DNA from: Promethearchaeota archaeon
GTDB lineage: Archaea > Asgardarchaeota > Lokiarchaeia > Sigyniarchaeales > SOKP01
Reading direction: 5' to 3'
Assembly (NCBI GenBank): GCA_048941265.1
Contig: JBHLNT010000105.1
Location: forward strand, 1-14,267
Length of the DNA stretch: 14,267 nucleotides
The notes under the pieces were generated by a model. That model saw only the letters and a list, made by a program, of their open reading frames with translations. It had not been told where the DNA came from and searched no databases. Shown in pieces: positions 8,698 through 14,267 of the stretch. A program made the translations under genes and the position numbers. Within the stretch, counting starts at the first letter, position 1, and each line of letters starts with the position of its first letter.

Positions 8698-8741
8698 ATC
8701 GTGTAGTGTAATATATACTATACAGACAGAAACTATTAATT

Positions 8742-8942
8742 ATGAAAGAGAAACTCCATTGTCCTCGTTGTAAAAATAAGAGAATAATCGACTATGGAGA
8801 CACGTTTGATTGTCCACTATGCCATCTTGAATTTGAAAAAAAAGACTTTGCACTATTTGATGATGAGTCCAATATTCTCTCAATAGAGGAAAAGTTAGAA
8901 GTTTTAAAAGTTATAAAAACAAATTCAAAAAAAAAAGATTGA
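8742..8942 (+). CDS. small Zn-ribbon protein (TFIIB-type ribbon-like)
   Basis: CPRCKNKRIIDYGDTFDCPLCHLEF (CxxC-x13-CxxC) plus an amphipathic C-terminal helix; has its own TATA box. Confidence 0.75.
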   Translation: MKEKLHCPRCKNKRIIDYGDTFDCPLCHLEFEKKDFALFDDESNILSIEEKLEVLKVIKTNSKKKD

Positions 8943-9012
8943 ATATCTTTTAAGAGGTCTTTCAAATAATTTACTTATTTTGGATTTCATTTTAAGGTTA
9001 GAAATCCTCAAT

Positions 9013-9026
9013 TTTTTCTTTTAATA
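9013..9026 (+). promoter_or_regulatory. putative fen promoter TTTTTC-TTTTAATA (spacing suggests a leaderless transcript)
   Basis: One-mismatch copy of the shared motif; TATA-like box starts 31 nt before ATG 9050. Confidence 0.45.
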
Positions 9027-9049
9027 GTTATAGTCTTAAATAAAATTTC

Positions 9050-10141
9050 ATGGGAGTAAAAATACAAGAAATTATTCAAAGATCAAAAATTGATTTAGAG
9101 CAATTAAACAGAAAAATAATTGCTATTGATGCTCCTAACATAATCTTCAGTTTTTTTACTTTTTCATATAAAGATAGACAAATGTATTCACCTAATTTGA
9201 TAGTTGATCGTACCCAAAGAGCAATTTCTCATTTATATGGTATACTATATAGGGTGAATTTTTATTACAGTAATCAGATATTACCTATTTTTTGTTTTGA
9301 CGGAAGAGATTCTGAATTAAAGCGTATAATTTCAAAAGATTATCTTAACGATTTTCGAGTTGTCAAAAAATGGTATCAAGCTGCTTTAAAAAGTGGTAAT
9401 ACTATATTAGCCCGAAAAATCTCATTAGGAAAAGAATTTTTATGGTCTAATATCATAGAAGAGTCAAAACAGCTTATCAATGACTTAGGAATTCCTATTC
9501 TTGATTCACCTGCTTCAGCGGAATCTCAATGCGCCTATTTAGTTAAAAATAACGTAGCAGATTATGCTAATTCCCAGGATTTTGATTCTTTAATTTTCGG
9601 ATGTCCTTATATAATACAGAATTTATCTAAATCTTTAAGGAGAAAAGTTCATGGTAAATGGTCCTATAAAAAAATTGAAACTGTCTTAATAAACTTAGAA
9701 ACTAACTTAAAAAGATTAAATATTGACCTATTCCAATTAGTTGATTTAGCTATTTTAATAGGAACTGATTATAATGATGGTGTAAACAAAATTGGTCCCA
9801 AAACAGCCTTACAACTAATTAAAAAATATAATAATTTAGAAAATGTCATTTTTAACAAATCATACCAATATCAATTTGATCATTTAATTCCTGAAGTTCT
9901 ACAAGAAGTTAGGAAAATATTTCTTTTTCCAGAGGTGTTAGAAAAATTTAAAGATATTTACTGGGATCCTCCAAATAGTTCGCAAGTAATAGAACTTCTA
10001 TGTAAAAATCATAATTTAAATAATGAAAGAGTGGAACATAATTTAAAAAAGCTCATCCAAAATTATCACAAATGTATAAGCTCTTTTAAAAGCAAAAATC
10101 CCCAGAAATTATTTCAAAAAACAATAGATATGTCATTTTAA
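9050..10141 (+). CDS. fen: flap endonuclease 1 (XPG/Rad2 family), divergent
   Basis: MGV start, IAIDA, FDG, SQDFDSLIFG, H3TH GTDYNDGVNKIGPKTA, C-terminal PIP box QKTIDMSF. Confidence 0.9.
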   Translation: MGVKIQEIIQRSKIDLEQLNRKIIAIDAPNIIFSFFTFSYKDRQMYSPNLIVDRTQRAISHLYGILYRVNFYYSNQILPIFCFDGRDSELKRIISKDYLNDFRVVKKWYQAALKSGNTILARKISLGKEFLWSNIIEESKQLINDLGIPILDSPASAESQCAYLVKNNVADYANSQDFDSLIFGCPYIIQNLSKSLRRKVHGKWSYKKIETVLINLETNLKRLNIDLFQLVDLAILIGTDYNDGVNKIGPKTALQLIKKYNNLENVIFNKSYQYQFDHLIPEVLQEVRKIFLFPEVLEKFKDIYWDPPNSSQVIELLCKNHNLNNERVEHNLKKLIQNYHKCISSFKSKNPQKLFQKTIDMSF

Positions 10142-10194
10142 CTTTAATTTTCTTCTTAATTCTGAGTGGAATCATTTTGTCGGATTTTTAATTA

Positions 10195-10209
10195 TTTTTC
10201 TTTAAATAC
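10195..10209 (+). promoter_or_regulatory. putative promoter TTTTTC-TTTAAATA-C
   Basis: Exact 15-mer also at 10897 and 12004; TATA box 55 nt before ATG 10256. Confidence 0.6.
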
Positions 10210-10255
10210 ATTCGTTGTGATAAGAATTAAACAATTATTTTGTTAGTAGCATAAA

Positions 10256-10852
10256 ATGATCCAATCAAATAAAAAAAGAAAGAACATTATCAATGAATCT
10301 CTTTCTCAATCAAATGAAAACTATTTGCTAAAAAATTCTCGATTCAGACATAAAGAAAGTGAGATTAAAGTCTTAAATTACATTTTTCGAAACATTTCCC
10401 TAATTAACAATAATAATATGATAAAACTAATAACTGAAAATGAATATATTAAGATATCCTTAGAAATGAAAATCTCAAAACATCTCGTAAGATTCTATAC
10501 TGAGAATCTATTTCATAATATCAAAAGTTTGAGAAAATTTCTAGATAAAAATAAAATCAAGCATAATCCAAAGAATCTAAACCGAAAAGTTAGAATATAT
10601 TTGCATAAAGTCCATCGTATAGCTCCCATCTTCGATTACAAAAGGGCAAAAAAAAATTTAAGGATTTTACAGTCTTTCTTAGTTCTTAACTCCTTTTGGC
10701 CTCGTATATCTACTCAGATTGCTATTATCATTTATGCTACAGATAAAAATAGTAGCAATAACAAAAGGATTCTCCAAAAAAATATTAGAACTTTATGCAA
10801 TTGTTCGGCATATGCATTTCATAGAACTAAAAATATCTTAAAAATAGATTAA
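10256..10852 (+). CDS. hypothetical protein resembling the TFB/TFIIB cyclin-fold core (no Zn ribbon)
   Basis: C-terminal half aligns by eye to TFB repeat 2: AKKNLRILQ ~ QKKAIEILQ, IAIIIYA ~ AAAAIYI, RILQKNIRTLCNCSAYAFHRTKNIL ~ [25 protein letters not shown]. The ORF is solid; the fold assignment is tentative. Confidence 0.6.
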   Translation: MIQSNKKRKNIINESLSQSNENYLLKNSRFRHKESEIKVLNYIFRNISLINNNNMIKLITENEYIKISLEMKISKHLVRFYTENLFHNIKSLRKFLDKNKIKHNPKNLNRKVRIYLHKVHRIAPIFDYKRAKKNLRILQSFLVLNSFWPRISTQIAIIIYATDKNSSNNKRILQKNIRTLCNCSAYAFHRTKNILKID

Positions 10853-10896
10853 GAAGAAGATTATGTTTCTTCACTCATTCGATATATCAGTAAAAT

Positions 10897-10911
10897 TTTT
10901 TCTTTAAATAC
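10897..10911 (+). promoter_or_regulatory. putative rpa promoter TTTTTC-TTTAAATA-C
   Basis: Exact copy of the shared 15-mer; TATA box 73 nt before ATG 10976. Confidence 0.55.
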
Positions 10912-10975
10912 AGGAAAAAAAAATTAATTTAAACTAATTGGACTTAGTTGTGATTAATTCCTTTGATAAAAAATT

Positions 10976-11893
10976 ATGTATAATGAAATTGATGATATAT
11001 ATCAGGCACTGATGGGTGTTGGTCTCAGTTTAATGGAGATTGAGCAAAAAATCAAGACTAAAGCAGAAGAATTTCAAGGATTTATGTCAAAAGAAGCTAT
11101 ATTGTTTTTAATTGCTAAAGAATATAATCTAAAAGTTAATTCACCGTATATAGATTCAGAATTATATGATGAATTTGAAGAAAGAATCGATTATGATGAA
11201 TTTACAATTAGAATTTCTGAGATTCAAGAAAATCTAACAAATATCGTATTATTAGGGCGAATTGAAAAAAAATTTGGAATAAGAAATTTTGTTCATAAAG
11301 ATAATACTTTGGGTATTGTTGGTTCATTTTTGATTAGTGATGGTACTGGTCGTATAAAGATTGTTCTATGGGGAGATCAATCGAAAATTATGGAAAATAC
11401 TTATTTTCAAAAAGGAGAGATTATAAGGATTATAGGGGGATATTCCAAGAGAGGTATTAATAATAATTTAGAAGTCCATTTAGGACGAAAGGGAAAGATA
11501 ATTCTTGCTCCAAATGATGTTGATTTAAAGAAATTTCCATTGCTAAATCAAACACATAAAATCAATTTTACTAAAAAAAAAAATCTAAAAATTCGAGATC
11601 TGAAAAATTTTGATGGTTTTATAAAATCTATAGAAGGTGTTATAGAAAATATATTGGAATTCAAAGAATTCAATTTAGATAATGGGGAAAAAACTTTTCT
11701 TTTTAAATTCGTACTGAAAGATGACACATCGTCTATTAATGTGGCAATATGGGGATTGAATGCCATTGAATATCTAAAACGTATAAATCAAGGAGAAAAA
11801 ATTAAACTTTATAATGTGAAGGTAAAGTTTAACAAATTTACTCAACAAAATGAAATTTCTTTCATAAGAAATTCACAATTAATTAAGAATTAA
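10976..11893 (+). CDS. rpa: replication protein A / ssDNA-binding protein (N-terminal DUF2240-like helical domain + two OB folds)
   Basis: N-terminal GFMSKEAILFLIAKEYNL; OB1 ISDGTGRIKIVLWGDQ...EVHLGRKGKI; OB2 LKDDTSSINVAIWG...EISFIRNSQL. Confidence 0.85.
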   Translation: MYNEIDDIYQALMGVGLSLMEIEQKIKTKAEEFQGFMSKEAILFLIAKEYNLKVNSPYIDSELYDEFEERIDYDEFTIRISEIQENLTNIVLLGRIEKKFGIRNFVHKDNTLGIVGSFLISDGTGRIKIVLWGDQSKIMENTYFQKGEIIRIIGGYSKRGINNNLEVHLGRKGKIILAPNDVDLKKFPLLNQTHKINFTKKKNLKIRDLKNFDGFIKSIEGVIENILEFKEFNLDNGEKTFLFKFVLKDDTSSINVAIWGLNAIEYLKRINQGEKIKLYNVKVKFNKFTQQNEISFIRNSQLIKN

Positions 11894-12003
11894 ATTATTA
11901 TTTAAGGATAAGTATCGCAATTATTTATAAGAAAGTTTAAAATAAGTTAGATTTTTATATTTTTAGGAGCTAATCAGTTAAGACGACGAGGTTTTATCAC
12001 AAT

Positions 12004-12018
12004 TTTTTCTTTAAATAC
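12004..12018 (+). promoter_or_regulatory. putative mglBA promoter TTTTTC-TTTAAATA-C
   Basis: Exact copy of the shared 15-mer; TATA box 56 nt before ATG 12066. Confidence 0.6.
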
Positions 12019-12060
12019 TCGTGATTTATTTTACTTATAATTATTTCAAATAAATCACGA
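12019..12060. repeat. perfect 13-bp inverted repeat TCGTGATTTATTT-N16-AAATAAATCACGA (operator-like)
   Basis: Arms at 12019-12031 and 12048-12060, between the TATA box and start codon of the Roadblock gene. Confidence 0.85.
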
Positions 12061-12065
12061 TTATA

Positions 12066-12617
12066 ATGACAATAAATACTGTACCAAAGGTTTTATATCA
12101 AAATAAGATATCTGAAATTTTAGATGAAGTAAGGGATAACTATGGCAAACTAACAAGAAAGGGTTATATTTATGGCCTTATCGCCATCGATCAAGATGCT
12201 AAAATCATCGCTATTGATTCTAGATTTGATCGTACATTAAACTATTGGGATTTAAGTTCCATAGGTGCTGCCCTGTATGGAGTTTCTCGACAAGGGCAGG
12301 ATTTTTTTGACGCGGATTATCTAGATCGAGCATCGCTCATTTATAATAATTTACAATTGTTTGTGAGATCTATAGGTCAAGTGACAATACAGAAGAAAGG
12401 TCAAAGGGAAATTCTTATCGTACTTTTGGCGGATAAAGACGTAAATGTTGGTGTAATTATATTACAAATGAGTCGATTTGGCCTAAAAATTAAAAATGAA
12501 ATAGAAAAAAGTGGGTCTATAAAAAATACGTTGAAAATGTCAGAAAAGGAGCTTAAAGAACATATAAAAAAACTCAAGCAGGAGATTTTTAGCGATAAAA
12601 TAAGTACCACATCTTAA
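12066..12617 (+). CDS. mglB: Roadblock/LC7 (MglB-like) protein, probable GTPase regulator
   Basis: GLIAIDQDAKIIA strand pair, DLSSIGAALYGVSRQ helix, ILIVLLADKDVNVGVIILQM C-terminus; directly upstream of an MglA-type GTPase. Confidence 0.75.
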   Translation: MTINTVPKVLYQNKISEILDEVRDNYGKLTRKGYIYGLIAIDQDAKIIAIDSRFDRTLNYWDLSSIGAALYGVSRQGQDFFDADYLDRASLIYNNLQLFVRSIGQVTIQKKGQREILIVLLADKDVNVGVIILQMSRFGLKIKNEIEKSGSIKNTLKMSEKELKEHIKKLKQEIFSDKISTTS

Positions 12618-12634
12618 AAAATGGTGATTGAAGA

Positions 12635-13285
12635 ATGATAAATTCTAAAAACACCGATAAAAATAACATAAATACTAATGAAACATTGAGCTTTAGAGAT
12701 TGTGATGGAATAATCCAATTTAAAATTGTGTATTGGGGGCCTGGTGAATCTGGAAAAACTACTAATTTTATGAGATTAAAAGAGAAGTTTCATTATATGA
12801 AGCTAACCAGTGGGTTTTCTATTGAGACTTCTGAAGGGAGAACATTATGGCAAGATTCAATATTTCTTTCATTTAAATTTGATATTAATGAAAAAAAATA
12901 TAGTATTATTACTCAAATTGTAACATGTACTGGACAAGAAAGATTTTTATCTACCAGGGAATATGTGCTTGATGGTGCAGATGGTATAATATATGTGGGA
13001 GATTCCGATCCTGAGATGATTGAACAAAATAAACGTAGCTTCCGAGAACTCATAAGTTTTACAAAAAATAAAAACATACCTTATATCATTCAATTAAATA
13101 AAAGAGATTTAGAAAATGCCATTCCTATAGAAGTTTTCAAAAAACAATTGGGCTTATCAGGAGAAGATAAATATCCTGATGGGACGAGTGTTGTATATCC
13201 TGTGATTGCCCTACAAGGGAAAAATGTAGTTAAATGCTTTCAAGATCTTATAATTCAAGTCATTTTTAATTATTTCAATTTGTAG
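12635..13285 (+). CDS. mglA: MglA-family small GTPase
   Basis: FKIVYWGPGESGKTTN (G1), EGRTLWQD (MglA-type RT switch I with intrinsic Arg finger), TCTGQ (MglA TVPGQ-type G3), GADGIIYVGDS, QLNKRDL (G4); SD GGTGA at 12623-12627. Confidence 0.88.
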   Translation: MINSKNTDKNNINTNETLSFRDCDGIIQFKIVYWGPGESGKTTNFMRLKEKFHYMKLTSGFSIETSEGRTLWQDSIFLSFKFDINEKKYSIITQIVTCTGQERFLSTREYVLDGADGIIYVGDSDPEMIEQNKRSFRELISFTKNKNIPYIIQLNKRDLENAIPIEVFKKQLGLSGEDKYPDGTSVVYPVIALQGKNVVKCFQDLIIQVIFNYFNL

Positions 13286-13314
13286 GTTCTTTAAAATTCT
13301 TAATTAGTGTATTT

Positions 13315-14267
13315 GTGATTCTATTGGATACAGGTATTGATTTTGTTCAACCAGAGTTCTTGAATATTCTATTTTTTCAGCAAAAAAACTTAATTATATT
13401 TCCTTATGTGGATTTAAAACACTTACATGCGCTTGAATTATTCACAGTAGGATATAATGTTATTGATTTGGAATCTACAGCCTTATATAATATAAAAGAA
13501 ATTATTGAATTTGAGGCTAACAATTCTTATTCTCAAAATAGAACTTTTTTTTTCATATACAATTTAGATATTGATAAAATTAAAGATATAATCGAAATTG
13601 CTGATATCCGATGTATACTCAATACAAATGAGGACGTTAGAAGAGTAATCAACGGAAACAGTTTTATTTTCTATAATAAAAAAAATAGTATGTTTCTTAA
13701 TTTCGATTTAAATACTGTTGATTTAGAATTTGAAAAGCATTTAATCTCCTCCTCTGAAAATGAAACTTTATTATATGAAAAAATTCAACAAATCAAAATT
13801 GTTGCGACAAAGATTTTTATGGAAATTAATAGTAATCCTAATTTTATCGAGAATCTTCCAGAAATTCTAAAAGATTATGATTCAAGATTTTGGGTCAAAA
13901 TATTAGACTTTACTAAACATTATTTTAAAATTGAGATTCCCAAAATAAATCTTGAGAATAAGAAGGAATTTATTAAAAAATCTAACTTTGAACTCAAAGA
14001 AATGGGTAAATTAAACGAGATATTGAGAGAATATGAATCGATAATTTCTTTAAATAAACATATTGCTAAAGAATTTGTTCAATTGCTTCATGAATATCGA
14101 AGTAATAGAGTAAATCCAAGTAACTTAGACTTAGAACAATTATATAATCCTCAGAAATTATATCAATATTTACGTACTCATCACTGGTCAAAAGAAATTC
14201 CCATGGAATTCCTACAAAATTGGATTGAGATGCAAAATACAGGATACAAATTATCTTTAAGTGATCT
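13315..14267 (+). CDS. hypothetical protein, partial (runs off the window end)
   Basis: Stop-free frame of more than 310 codons from GTG 13315 (or TTG 13324): ILLDTGIDFVQPEFLNILFFQQKNLIIFPYVDL...YLRTHHWSKEIPMEFLQNWIEM; absent from the ORF track because no stop codon lies within the window. Confidence 0.85.
   Translation, partial: MILLDTGIDFVQPEFLNILFFQQKNLIIFPYVDLKHLHALELFTVGYNVIDLESTALYNIKEIIEFEANNSYSQNRTFFFIYNLDIDKIKDIIEIADIRCILNTNEDVRRVINGNSFIFYNKKNSMFLNFDLNTVDLEFEKHLISSSENETLLYEKIQQIKIVATKIFMEINSNPNFIENLPEILKDYDSRFWVKILDFTKHYFKIEIPKINLENKKEFIKKSNFELKEMGKLNEILREYESIISLNKHIAKEFVQLLHEYRSNRVNPSNLDLEQLYNPQKLYQYLRTHHWSKEIPMEFLQNWIEMQNTGYKLSLSD

Noticed and set aside
7114-11913. Exact 13-mer TTTAAGGATAAGT at 7114 and 11901
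   Set aside because: A single AT-rich pair with inconsistent position relative to genes; cannot be distinguished from chance or shown to be a target-site duplication.
11548-12610. Minus-strand ORFs 11548..11766 and 12401..12610
   Set aside because: Antisense shadows of rpa and mglB.
1-14267. Mobile element, provirus, defence island or CRISPR interpretation of the cluster
   Set aside because: No integrase, transposase, capsid, terminal repeats or regularly spaced repeat-spacer units were seen; a larger element extending beyond the window cannot be excluded.

Overview
Very AT-rich archaeal DNA; the RadA/Hef/Fen1/RPA set, TATA-box promoters, GGTGA Shine-Dalgarno sites and a Roadblock + MglA GTPase pair suggest an Asgard (Loki-like) archaeon (inference). 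The window is a dense cluster of divergent DNA recombination/repair genes: a Hef/FANCM-like helicase with a degenerate nuclease domain, a RadB-like ATPase coupled to a small membrane protein, a RadA with an extra C-terminal HhH domain, a Fen1 lacking key catalytic and gateway residues, and an RPA. These are followed by mglB/mglA-like genes and a partial ORF missing from the supplied track. Embedded in the cluster are a stand-alone TFIIB-type Zn ribbon (8742-8942) and a protein resembling the TFB cyclin-fold core with an altered recognition helix (10256-10852). Most transcription units share a promoter signature, TTTT(T/C)C-TTTAAATA, with a pyrimidine-rich element where the purine-rich BRE normally sits. 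Main hypothesis: a split, alternative TFB drives a dedicated recombination/repair regulon. No RNA genes, CRISPR arrays or mobile elements were recognised. All family assignments are by-eye motif recognition, not database searches.
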